From the NCBI GenBank assembly GCA_965203515.1, contig OZ241907.1, positions 2,944,001 through 3,008,000 of the forward strand: 64,000 nt of DNA. Direction: 5' to 3'. Shown one piece after another: positions 29,284 through 38,166 of the stretch. Positions within the stretch are counted from its first letter, which is position 1. Each line of letters opens with the position of its first letter. The position numbers and the translations under genes were made by a program. Below the pieces are notes generated by a model, which saw nothing but the letters and a program-made list of their open reading frames with translations, made no database searches and was not told where the DNA came from. Source of the stretch: Spirochaetia bacterium (GTDB taxonomy: Bacteria > Spirochaetota > Spirochaetia > SZUA-6 > Bin103).

Positions 29284-30633
29284 TCAGTGGTGCTCCTGGT
29301 TGCGGTGGAGGTGGCGGAGTGCCAGCGGCGAGGGCGGCGGCTGGGGAGCCGGAGCGTCGGGTTCGAGGTGCCGGGAGGGGCGGGCGCGCTTGACGGAGGC
29401 GTTGGCGTAGGCGTCGAGGATGGTGGCCTGCCCGGCGTCGGCGCCGTCGTGGAGGACCTGCAGCGGCCGACTGGGCGGCGCGGCGGGGTCGTAGCGCAAG
29501 GTGACGGTGCAGCCGACCAGCAGCGGATCGACTTCGTAGAGGCGGCCGTCGAGGCTGACGGTGCGGTCGTTGATGACGCGGCGTCTGGCCTCGAACAGGA
29601 ACAGATCGTCCAGATCGACGGCGGCCTCGTCGTGGTAGCGGACCTCCTCGGCGCTCAGCGCCCACTGATCGAGGGGGGTGTTGCCGTGCAGGCCGCGATG
29701 GGGGGTGTGGTGGTATTCGCCTTCGATGTAGGACCACAGGCGGCGGTTGAGGGCGTCGAGACTGGCGGTGTCAGACGGCGCGAGGGAGGCGAGCAACTGG
29801 GCGCGCAGGGTGCGGAAGAAGCGTTCGATCTTGCCCTTGCCCTGCGGCTGATAGGGGCGGGCGTGGATCAGGGCGATGCCGAGCTTGGCGCAGATCAGTT
29901 CCAGGTGTCGGGAGCGATAGTTGGCGCCGTTGTCGACGTACAGCCGTTGCGGCAGCCCGCGGCGGATCAGCGCCTGCTTGAAGACCGGCAGGAAGGCGGT
30001 GGTGTTCTCGGCGCGGGCGAAGGCGGCGAACGGACAGAGGCGGGTGGCGTCGTCGAGGAAGGCGATGAGGTAGCACGTGCGGCGCTGACGGCGGTCGGCG
30101 GCGACTGCCGGGCCGTGCATGACGTCGCTCATCCACAACTGGCCGGGGTAGCGGAAGCTGAAGCGGCGGCGGTCGGCGCCGTCAGCGGCGGCGCCGGGCT
30201 GGCGCATCAGCCCCTCGGCGCGCAGCAGACGGTGCACGGTGGAGCGCGCCAGGCGCACGCCGGCCGGGAGATGGCCGCTGTCGTTGGCGTGCTGGATGAC
30301 CTGCCGCACCGACCAGGCCGGATGCTCGGTCTTGATCGCCAGCAGCAACTCGGCCGCCTCGGGCGGCAGCCGCCGCGGCTGACCGCAGTCGGAGCGCGGC
30401 TTGGGGTACAGGGCATCGAAGCCGCCGAGGCGGTAGCGGTGCAGCCAGTCGCGTATGGTCCCGGCGGCCACGCGGGTCCGGTGCGTGCCCGGGATGGTGT
30501 GGTGCTGGGCGGCCTTGGCGCGTACCTGTTCGCCGATGCCCGGAGCGCCGGGCGGCAGCTGGGCCAGGTCGACGATCAAGCCGTAGCGGAACAGCGCTAT
30601 GTCGCGGCGCAGGTCGGCATCGGCATCGTGCAT
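29284..30633 (-). CDS. DDE integrase/transposase (rve core + Mu-transposase C-terminal-like)
   Basis: ALFRYGLI, WMSDVMHGP, FLDDATR, YVDNGANY, PQGKGKIERFF. Confidence 0.92.
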   Translation of the reverse strand: MHDADADLRRDIALFRYGLIVDLAQLPPGAPGIGEQVRAKAAQHHTIPGTHRTRVAAGTIRDWLHRYRLGGFDALYPKPRSDCGQPRRLPPEAAELLLAIKTEHPAWSVRQVIQHANDSGHLPAGVRLARSTVHRLLRAEGLMRQPGAAADGADRRRFSFRYPGQLWMSDVMHGPAVAADRRQRRTCYLIAFLDDATRLCPFAAFARAENTTAFLPVFKQALIRRGLPQRLYVDNGANYRSRHLELICAKLGIALIHARPYQPQGKGKIERFFRTLRAQLLASLAPSDTASLDALNRRLWSYIEGEYHHTPHRGLHGNTPLDQWALSAEEVRYHDEAAVDLDDLFLFEARRRVINDRTVSLDGRLYEVDPLLVGCTVTLRYDPAAPPSRPLQVLHDGADAGQATILDAYANASVKRARPSRHLEPDAPAPQPPPSPLALRHLHRNQEHH

Positions 30634-30684
30634 GGGTCGATCTCCTTGGCGAGCGGGTCATGCGACCCGGTGATGGGACCCAAG

Positions 30685-31284
30685 CTACCGAGGCGGCGCC
30701 CGGGGGACAGGCCCCAGGTGTTGTTGGGCGGCGGAGGTGGGATGACACGGCTCGCTTCGGTGCAGACGGAATCCGAGCGGCGCCGGCAGCGCCGGCAGCC
30801 ACGGGGCGGCCAGCGAGCGCAGCGCTACCAACGCCGCTTCGCTGTCGAGCCGCTGGCGGCAGGCGGTCAGCTCGGCCCGGCAGCCGGCCAGATGCTGCGG
30901 CAGCAAGCCGATCACCGCCCGCAGCGCCTGCCGGACCAGGCGCACGCGGCGGCCCAGCCAGCGCATGGCGCCGGGCAGGGTGATGTCGTCGCGGCCGACC
31001 TGGTCGGCGGCCTGCATCAGACTCGCCGCCTGCTCGGCGTGCACGACCACCGCTTCCAGTTCCCGGAGCGTCCCGGACAGCCGCGCCGCCAGGCAGTCGG
31101 GCAGCAGGCTGAAGGTGGTGTGGCTCTGCGGGCAGTACCAGCGGGCGATCAACACGCCGGCCGGCCTCTTGCGCAGGTAGGTGCCGTGGCGCGCCAACGA
31201 GCAGCTGCCGGGGCGGGGATGATTGGGGCACCGGTCGAGCCTTGCGTGGCGCCACGCTTCGGTGCTAACGTACTGCTCGCCGGC
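30685..31284 (-). CDS. Cys-rich transposon-associated ORF (DUF6431-like), probably 5' truncated
   Basis: GEQYV...CPNH...C..ARHGTY.RK...RWYCP..HTTFSLLPDCLA; no convincing start codon. Confidence 0.6.
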   Translation of the reverse strand, partial: AGEQYVSTEAWRHARLDRCPNHPRPGSCSLARHGTYLRKRPAGVLIARWYCPQSHTTFSLLPDCLAARLSGTLRELEAVVVHAEQAASLMQAADQVGRDDITLPGAMRWLGRRVRLVRQALRAVIGLLPQHLAGCRAELTACRQRLDSEAALVALRSLAAPWLPALPAPLGFRLHRSEPCHPTSAAQQHLGPVPRAPPR

Positions 31285-31749
31285 ATGAAAACCCACCACG
31301 GAACCGTAGTCCTGCTGTTCGCAGCGTTGGCAGCGTTGGCAGCGTGCCAAGCTGCCGCCCCCACCGCCGCCCCGACGACTGCCGACCATACGCACGACCC
31401 CGCTGTGAACGTCCGCATCATAGGACCATACGTCATCAGAGCGGAAGACTTCACCCGTTCGCCAGCATCCTACAACCTTTATAGCGCGACATACTCCGTC
31501 CCAGAGCTTACCCAATCCGTTGTCGACAACGGATTGGTTAGGGCAGAACTCGACATCGCAAACGTGAAACTGTACCAACCTTTCCCCTTCGTCATCGACA
31601 CCGGTACCGCACACGTTAGACTTGATGCACTGGTTGGCGTAAATGGAGTTGGGTTTGCTATCTCCGCGTTTCCATCTACCGCTATCCGAATCGCCCTAGA
31701 GGCAATAGATGGATATCGATGGCGATTAGTCTTGGTAACGCCATCGTAG
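31285..31749 (+). CDS. Hypothetical lipoprotein
   Basis: MKTHH + hydrophobic core + LAAC lipobox; lower GC. Confidence 0.65.
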   Translation: MKTHHGTVVLLFAALAALAACQAAAPTAAPTTADHTHDPAVNVRIIGPYVIRAEDFTRSPASYNLYSATYSVPELTQSVVDNGLVRAELDIANVKLYQPFPFVIDTGTAHVRLDALVGVNGVGFAISAFPSTAIRIALEAIDGYRWRLVLVTPS

Positions 31750-31979
31750 GCACCGACGCTCCAGGAGGATCCGGAAGGAGTCTGTGAAAGCTGGAGCAGC
31801 GCGCGGCGTGCTGCTCCTACCCGTTATCGACCCGCGCGTTGGCTACCATCGCGCGAGGTCGACTTTACGACCCCGTCATGGACCGGCACCGGAAGGAACG
31901 TCCCGGCCCGTGGTCTGTCCACGAGCCGGCCGATCACGCAGAGCGCGCGCCGCCCCGATCACCCGCGCCACTGGTTCAC

Positions 31980-32867
31980 ATGGACGTAGACGGCCGCCAC
32001 CGGGTCCGCCGGCTGATGCACCTGCTCGGCCTGGAGGCGATCTACCGCAAGCCGCGCACCAGCACGGCGCATCCCGAACACTGCGTGTACCCGTATCTGC
32101 TGCGCGGCCTGAGCATCGAGCGGGCGAACCACGTGTGGTGCGCCGACATCACCTACATCCCGGTGCAGGAAGGATATCTGTACCTGGTGGCGGTCATGGA
32201 CTGGGCGAGTCGGCGGGTGCTGGCGTGGCGGCTGAGCAACACGCTGGACACCGCGTTCTGCCTCGCGGCGCTCGACGAGGCGCTGCGGCGGTACGGACGG
32301 CCGCAGGTCTTCAACACCGATCAGGGCAGGCAGTTCACGAGCCGGGCGTTCACCGAGCGGCTGCGGGCGGCCGGCATCCGGTGCTCGATGGATGGCCGCG
32401 GCCGATGCATGGACAACGTGTTCATCGAGCGGCTGTGGCGGTCGTTGAAGTACGAGGCGGTCTACCTGCACGAGTTGGCCGACGGCAAGGCGGCGCGGCG
32501 GGTGATCGGGCAGTGGATGGCGTTCTACAACGAGCAGCGGCCGCACTCGGCGCTCGGCGGGCGCACGCCGGCGCAGTACTACGACGGCACGCGGGCGGCC
32601 AGCGAGCAGGCGGCGTAGCGATGAACCGACGAAATCACCAGACAGGAGGGCCGCTGATTCAAGACAGGAGGCGGATGACCGCGCTGACGCCGGTCTACGA
32701 GACGAGCGGGTGTGAAGTGGCGACCGCCATCCCTGGGATCAGACCGGTCGCCCGGCGCCCCGGCCTTACCGCCGCATTCGCAAGCGCAACGACAGAGGGG
32801 GTAGCGCAACCACCCGAGTACACCTTATTCTGCCCCTCAACCTGTCCAACCAACCAGGACCACCTCA
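31980..32867 (+). mobile_element. IS3-family element, right part (orfB integrase core ending 32618)
   Basis: RVRRLM..LGLEAIY, YPYLL, WCADITY, NTDQG, SMDGRGRCMDNVFIERLWRSLKYE; right end ...TGTCCAACCAACCAGGACCACCTCA. Confidence 0.85.
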
Positions 32868-32929
32868 GGCAGATGATGGTACTCCGCTATGTTTCCGAGC
32901 CACAGGGAGCGGGACATCTAACGCTCATC

Positions 32930-33060
32930 GCGGAAGCCGTGCCCCACAAGCCGGTGCTCATCCTCGACAGCGCTCGCCAAATCGGCAAGACTACCTCGTG
33001 GACGCCGTGCTGGACCGGTCCGCCATGGACACGATGCGGATCGACCTGGAACGGGACACG
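32930..33060 (+). pseudogene. Short remnant of an AAA_14-like ATPase
   Basis: KPVLILDSARQIGKTT, a degenerate Walker A, then loses frame. Confidence 0.45.
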
Positions 33061-33109
33061 CTGGCCCGCTCCGCGATCGATTCCGAAATCGCCGACGGAC
33101 GGACGGAGA

Positions 33110-33520
33110 GTCGGGAATCAAGATGTCTACTACCGTAAACGTCCTCTGGTGATTGAAGCGGTCCAATTGACCGAAACCGCGGTAGTCAAGACGCTGGAGG
33201 GAGACATGACTGGCAGTCCCGGTGATTGGTTGATCACCGGCGTGCACGGTGAGCAATACCCCTGTGGTGATGACACGTTCCGCAAGAGCTACGAACACGT
33301 GAAAGGAAACCGCTATCGAAAGCGGCCGATCATAGTCGAAGCTATTCCGCTCATTCATCGCATCTTGATTGAGACTGGATCTGGAACTCTGGTCGGTCGG
33401 CCTGGCGACTGGCTTGTCCACGGAGTGAATGGGAGTCAATACCCCTGCTCGTCCGATGTCTTCCGGGAGACCTACGAGCCCGTCGATGATCCCCCAGAGC
33501 TGGTCTTGTCCCCGTCCTGA
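33110..33520 (+). CDS. Tandem PGDYG-like domain protein (start uncertain)
   Basis: Two copies of YRKRP..(I/V)EA...T..G..PGDWL..GV.G.QYPC..D.FR..YE. Confidence 0.7.
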   Translation, partial: VGNQDVYYRKRPLVIEAVQLTETAVVKTLEGDMTGSPGDWLITGVHGEQYPCGDDTFRKSYEHVKGNRYRKRPIIVEAIPLIHRILIETGSGTLVGRPGDWLVHGVNGSQYPCSSDVFRETYEPVDDPPELVLSPS

Positions 33521-33973
33521 GACTGCTGCGCGACGACCCACAGCGCGTTCTCCTGGGCGAGGATCGCTTCGGTGCGGTCTACGAACATGGTGCGTTTCTG
33601 TTCTTCGGCTTTCTCACTGTAGTCGTGGACATCGGCTTTGTAGTAGTTGAGCTCTCTCTTCAGAGCCTCGGCGGTAGCCCGGTACGTTGTCCATAGCTCT
33701 TTGAAGCGAAACGCCTGCTGCAGTGTAGCGCGACAATCAGGATGAGAACCGAGCGACAATCAAGATGAGAAAAACCGGTGTCGCAACGGCCGGGACGTTG
33801 CCACAAGGGGACGTGGGTTGGCAAGCACGGGAAGCGGCGGCGGGAGGCGCCCCGTCGAGGTCCCGAGCAACGGTCAGATCGGCGCGCCGGTCGGGAGGCG
33901 TGATGGCGTTCGCAAACGGCTTGGCGCGTGGTGGGCGGCGGACCGGATCAGGCGTGAGGTAGTACCCGGGGTG

Positions 33974-34261
33974 TCAGTCGCGGCCGTAGCCGAGCGGCGG
34001 CTCGATGCTCTCCAGGTCAGCAAGATCAAGGTCGCAGATCGCCTCCAGCTTGACGGCGACCGCAGACTCCCGGAGCGGGTCGGGCAAGTGGTCGAGCCAC
34101 GCCTGGTACTCGTCCTGAAGGTCGCGCAGGGTGCGCACCGCATCCTGCCAGCGTTGCGGGCGCGACCGGCGGTCGTGCGGCCTGCGGAACTGCACCCGGC
34201 GGGCCGCGGCGTTGCGGCGCGCGCGGTAGCGGCGTTGTCGTGCCGCGTTGCTCAACGCCAT
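33974..34261 (-). CDS. IS21 passenger hypothetical protein (95 aa)
   Basis: MALSNAARQRRYRARR...LQDEYQAWLDHLP...PPLGYGRD, inside the IS ends. Confidence 0.7.
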   Translation of the reverse strand: MALSNAARQRRYRARRNAAARRVQFRRPHDRRSRPQRWQDAVRTLRDLQDEYQAWLDHLPDPLRESAVAVKLEAICDLDLADLESIEPPLGYGRD

Positions 34262-34276
34262 AGCTAGTGCGCACCG

Positions 34277-35152
34277 TTACGTAACGGGCCGCTGACCGGC
34301 CGATCCTGGATCCTGGGAGCCCTGAGCGGCCGCCGGAGTGTCACTGGCGGCGGCCGGGTCGGTACCGGCGGCCGGCTGGGCAGCCGCGCGGCGCTGCACG
34401 GCGGTGCGGCGGCGGTAGCTTTCGACGTTGAGTTCAAAGATGGTCGCGTGATGCACCAGCCGGTCGACGGCCGCCAGGGTCATGGTGGGGTCGGGGAAGA
34501 TCGAGTCCCACTGGCCGAACGGCTGATTGACGGTGAGCAGCAGCGAGCGCTGCTCGTAGCGGGCGATGATCAACTCGAACAGCACGCTGGTCTCGGCCTG
34601 ATCCTTGGTGACGTAGGCGAAGTCATCGAGGATCAGCAGGTGGTACTTGTCGAGCTTGGCGATGGCTGCCTCCAGGGTCAGGTCGCGGCACGCGCGCTGC
34701 AGCCGTTGGGTGAGGTCGGTGGTGCGGGTGAACAGCACCCGGAAGCCGTGCTCGATGAGCGCCAAGCCGATGGCGGCTGCCAGATGGCTCTTGCCGGTGC
34801 CGGGCGGTCCGATGAGCAGCAGGTTGGCGCCTTCGTCGAGCCAGCGGTCGCCGGCGCAGAGTGCGGTCACGTGCGCCTTGGACAGCAGCGGCACGACGGT
34901 GAAGTCGAACGAGTCGAGGGTCTTGCCGGCCGGCAGCCGCGCCTCGCGGAGCTGGCGCTGGAAGCGGCGGCGGGAGCGTTCGGCCAGTTCGTGCTCGGTC
35001 AGGGCGGCCAGCAGGCGCGCGCCGGGCCAGCCTTCGCGGTCGGCCTGGGCGGTGAACTGCGGCCACAGCGACTTGATGGTGGGCAGGCGCAACTCGCTGA
35101 GCATGAGGTTGAGCGCGGCGTCGTCGATCGGCTGGTCGTTGCGCCGGTTCAT
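34277..35152 (-). CDS. istB: IS21 helper ATPase IstB
   Basis: Near-identical to 24937..25812. Confidence 0.95.
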   Translation of the reverse strand: MNRRNDQPIDDAALNLMLSELRLPTIKSLWPQFTAQADREGWPGARLLAALTEHELAERSRRRFQRQLREARLPAGKTLDSFDFTVVPLLSKAHVTALCAGDRWLDEGANLLLIGPPGTGKSHLAAAIGLALIEHGFRVLFTRTTDLTQRLQRACRDLTLEAAIAKLDKYHLLILDDFAYVTKDQAETSVLFELIIARYEQRSLLLTVNQPFGQWDSIFPDPTMTLAAVDRLVHHATIFELNVESYRRRTAVQRRAAAQPAAGTDPAAASDTPAAAQGSQDPGSAGQRPVT

Positions 35153-36678
35153 GCCGCACCCGCCTGGGAGACGCCGGCGTGGTCGGGATGATCGAGCAGC
35201 AGGTCGTAGTCGGCCAGCGAGCCGGCGTGCACGCTGACCTGCGGCAGGTCCTGCGGATCGGGCAGGAAGCGCTCCCGCAGGGTCTCCGGGTCGGGCAGCT
35301 GACCGGCGGCCAGCAGGCGCTCCAGGTGCTCGCCCAGGGCGGCCTCGCAGCCCTGATCGTGAGCCAGGGCCAGCAGCCCGACCATGCGCCGGCAGGCCTC
35401 AGACTCGTCGAGTGCCGCCAGCAGCGCCCGGAAGGCGCGCCGGTAGGCATCGCGGGGGAACAACTGCTCGCGGTAGGTCAGATGGCGCAACGCCATCGGC
35501 TTGCGGCGCAGCGCGTGGATGAGGTGATGGTAGTTGACCACGTGCCCGCGGCGCCCGTCGCCCGACGGCTTGCCCCGCGGCAGGCTCAGCAGTTCGCTGG
35601 CGCCGAGGAAGACCTGCAGCCGATCCGGGAACAGATGGACGCGCAGGTGGTGGCCGATCAGCCGCGACGGCACCGAGTAGAAGACCTTGCGCAGCGTGAA
35701 CCCGCTGTGGGAGGTGACCCGCACCCGTTCGATCTCGAAGTCCTGCACGCGGCGTTCGGGCAGCGGCTGCAAGGCCGCGCGTTCGGCGTCGATGCGCTCC
35801 CGGTGGCGGGCGTTGTGGCGCCCGACCAGTTCGGCGATCAACCGGCGGTAGGCGTCCAGGTCATCGAACGAGCACGAGCCGCGGAGCAGCAGGGCCTGAT
35901 GGAGGGCGCGTTTGAAGTGGCCGTGGGCGCTCTCGACGCTGCCGTTCTCATGGGCGGCGCCGCGATTGTTGCGGGTCGGGCGCATGCGGTAGTGCTCGCA
36001 CAGCGCCCGGTAGCGCTCGGTGAGATCGTCGTGGGCGCTGCGGTCGAGGTTGCGGAACGCCGCTGACAGGCTGTCGGTGCGGTGTTCCTGGGGCGCGCCG
36101 CCGAGCGTCCACAGCGCCTGCTGGAGGCCGGCGCTGAGGGCGCTGAAGGATTCGCCGCCGATCACCACGTCGGCGTGCTCGAAGCCGGAGTAGGGCAGCC
36201 GGAAGTGGTACAGCAGGTGCGCCAGCGGCGCGCCGGCCACGACGACGCTGAGGTTGGTGGCGGCGGTGAAGTCTGACAGGCCGAGCAGACCGGGCGGCTG
36301 GCGCTGCGCGAAGATCACCTCCTGGTCGGGACCGTGCAGGGCGCGCCAGCGGCGCACCCGGCGTTCCAGGGTGCGGCGCACGCTCGGCGGCAGTTCGGGG
36401 TGGCGGCGCAGCAGTTCCTCGAAGATGGTCACCGGGCGCAGGTCGGGCGTCTGCTGCAGCAGGGGGATGACTTCTTCTTCGAAGATGCCGGCCAGCGGGT
36501 CGGGCCGCCGGCGAGTGCGGACGGTCGGTTTCTGGGACGGCAGCTGCGGATCGGATTCGATGCGGTAGGCGGTGGCGGTGCTGATCCCCGCCTTGGCGGC
36601 GGCCACCGACGGCTGGTCCTTGGTGCGCAGGTTCATGTAGTGCCTCACGTGGTGATCGGTCAGATGTCGGCCCGGCAT
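35149..36678 (-). CDS. istA: IS21 transposase IstA
   Basis: Near-identical to copy 1. Confidence 0.95.
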   Translation of the reverse strand: MPGRHLTDHHVRHYMNLRTKDQPSVAAAKAGISTATAYRIESDPQLPSQKPTVRTRRRPDPLAGIFEEEVIPLLQQTPDLRPVTIFEELLRRHPELPPSVRRTLERRVRRWRALHGPDQEVIFAQRQPPGLLGLSDFTAATNLSVVVAGAPLAHLLYHFRLPYSGFEHADVVIGGESFSALSAGLQQALWTLGGAPQEHRTDSLSAAFRNLDRSAHDDLTERYRALCEHYRMRPTRNNRGAAHENGSVESAHGHFKRALHQALLLRGSCSFDDLDAYRRLIAELVGRHNARHRERIDAERAALQPLPERRVQDFEIERVRVTSHSGFTLRKVFYSVPSRLIGHHLRVHLFPDRLQVFLGASELLSLPRGKPSGDGRRGHVVNYHHLIHALRRKPMALRHLTYREQLFPRDAYRRAFRALLAALDESEACRRMVGLLALAHDQGCEAALGEHLERLLAAGQLPDPETLRERFLPDPQDLPQVSVHAGSLADYDLLLDHPDHAGVSQAGAA

Positions 36679-37126
36679 GGGTGCTCCTTGGGGTGATAGT
36701 CCCAAGCACCCTATCCAACGCCGGGCCGGCCACGATCACCGGGCCGCGAAGCCCCCACGGGGGCGCCGCCGCGCGCCGGTGGCTACGGTCAGGCTACGCC
36801 CTGCCGCCGCCATCGGCGGCCCCTCCATCCTCCTCTGTCGGAGGCAGCCACCCTACCCGCGCATTCTCATCTTGATTGTCGCTGCATTCTCATCTTGATT
36901 GTCGCTGGACACTGGCCGGTCATTAGGCTCAGCAACGCTGTTGCGAGCACCGACAGCCATCGCTCGCGTGCCAAGGCAGCTATCGCCGGTGCCGATGCCG
37001 CTAGCACTACCGTGAACACCGTCAGAATATAGTACCATATTTTGTACTTTGCAGACTTGCTGTCATACCATCGAACCTGGACTTGGTGTCGATTGCAGAG
37101 GTACTTCTCGAAGTCATTCTCAGTCA

Positions 37127-37529
37127 CTACATGGACCATTTCCTGATGGCGCTAACTACCGACGCGGTGTTCCAGCCGACCATCTCTTTCACTCGGTCCT
37201 TCACCTCCCTCGGCTCTCGCTGCTGTCCCCACGGCCTTACACCGATCATCGGTTTGCCGATCTGGTCAGCGAAGTCCATTTCAAATTCGATCCACTCGCT
37301 GTGATTCACGTACATCCCCGCCAGAATGATCACAATTTGAACGGGTCTGATCTGCGTTTTCAGCGCTTCTTCGAGGTCGTCTCCGGTCTCTAAAGGATCA
37401 TGCTCCGGCACACTGTAGTTACTCCCCGAAGTTAGGAGCGTTGTCCAATAGCCGCACGATTCGATAATAATCGTCCGAGTATCTCCATGCGTGGCTGATG
37501 AAGAAGCGATATGTGCGCAGTGCTGGCAT
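37127..37529 (-). pseudogene. ThsB-like TIR (DUF1863/MTH538) gene with a frameshift at the G4 run (37424-37427)
   Basis: MPALRTYRFFISHAWRYSDDY...NF in one frame and NYSVPEHDP...SEWIEFE...PWG...GWNTASVV in another. Confidence 0.85.
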
Positions 37530-37649
37530 TTCTTGGATCCTCGCTTGCGGACGCCGGTGGGAAGTGAGCCAGAACGCCGGTCAGTTTGACCAACCTCCCA
37601 ATAGTGAAGAAGGATTGCAGCAAAGATCGGGCAGGTTGTCAATCCGACG

Positions 37650-38055
37650 CCGTTACGTGTCGGCGGCCCATTGATCGGTCGATTTCATGCCGGCGTAGTC
37701 GATCAGGCTCACGCCTGGAATCCGGCGCCATCGTTCTGCCACGCCCGCCCGGGCAGCCTCTACGAACCGGGCCGAAGCGCGCACGACCAGCGCCATTGTG
37801 CCGTCATGAGACGGTAGCTGGAGGCGGGCTGCGCAGCAGCGCGACGGCACTGCGTACGTTGCTCTGCATCGCGGTGCGGCACCGGTAGTCGGCCAGCGAC
37901 CCCGCGTGCACGCTGACCTGCGGCAGCTCATGCAGATCGGGCGCGGAGCGCTGCTGCAGGGTGTCTGGTCGGCCAGCGGTCAGGTGCTTCAGTTGCTCGT
38001 CCAGGGCCTCGCAGCCCCTGATCGTGCACCACGCCCGCAGCCTCGACCATCCCGG
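37650..38055 (-). pseudogene. Degraded IS21 (istA 3' end/istB) remnant
   Basis: gtagtcggccagcga..gcgtgcacgctgacctgcggcag and ggcctcgcagccc..tgatcgtg match 35206-35385. Confidence 0.65.
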
Positions 38056-38166
38056 AAAGTACGCCGGTAGACACCGCGGTGCCTCGACGCGCCTTCTTGA
38101 TTCGCCTCGCCGCTGCTGCGGCCTTGACTCCCAAGGCGGTCCCGGCTACAATTACATTCAGAACTT

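Larger units (their letters stand above)
22776..29284 (-). pseudogene. ExeA/AAA_22-like ATPase split into three pieces (29168-29284, 26366-26661, 22776-23177)
   Basis: MYLRHFAFTRLPF / TGEVGCGKTT...VDEAQFL / LLLVG...LSQR...GLPQLIN; removing both IS plus one TSD each gives an 801-nt in-frame ORF. Confidence 0.92.
22562..31284 (-). mobile_element. Three-gene DDE transposon (Cys-rich ORF + rve/Mu-like transposase + ExeA-like ATPase), interrupted by IS21 and IS66; one end missing
   Basis: TGTTGT terminus at 22562 truncating IS3; co-oriented genes 30685-31284, 29284-30633 and a split ATPase. Confidence 0.7.
33724..36911 (-). mobile_element. IS21-family element, copy 2 (3188 bp, inverted relative to copy 1)
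   Basis: Same ends and ORFs with a few substitutions; no perfect TSD (on the element strand the flanks are GGCCAG and CTGCAG). Confidence 0.95.
33472..37139 (-). pseudogene. DUF4231/SLATT 2TM effector gene split by IS21 (36912-37139 and 33472-33723)
   Basis: QVRWYDSKS + 2 TM helices, then FRFKELWTTYRATAEALKRE; halves are in frame. Confidence 0.85.

Noticed and set aside
29287..31749. 820-aa plus-strand ORF
   Set aside because: Antisense shadow of the transposase; only the last 154 aa (lipoprotein) look real.
31793..31817. Intrinsic terminator (GGAGCAGC/GCTGCTCC stem)
   Set aside because: A hairpin is present but has no U-tract on either strand, so the function is unsupported.
22031..32867. 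The two IS3 fragments as halves of one element
   Set aside because: They do not join, unrelated genes lie between them, and the orfB sequences look like different IS3 subgroups.
31784..33520. 578-aa ORF as a single gene
   Set aside because: Chance read-through across an IS3 off-frame region, an ATPase remnant and the PGDYG-like gene.
23178..36911. Composite transposon or inversion between the inverted IS21 copies
   Set aside because: Copy 1 has its own matching TSD, and each copy splits a gene whose halves remain co-linear, so they are independent insertions.
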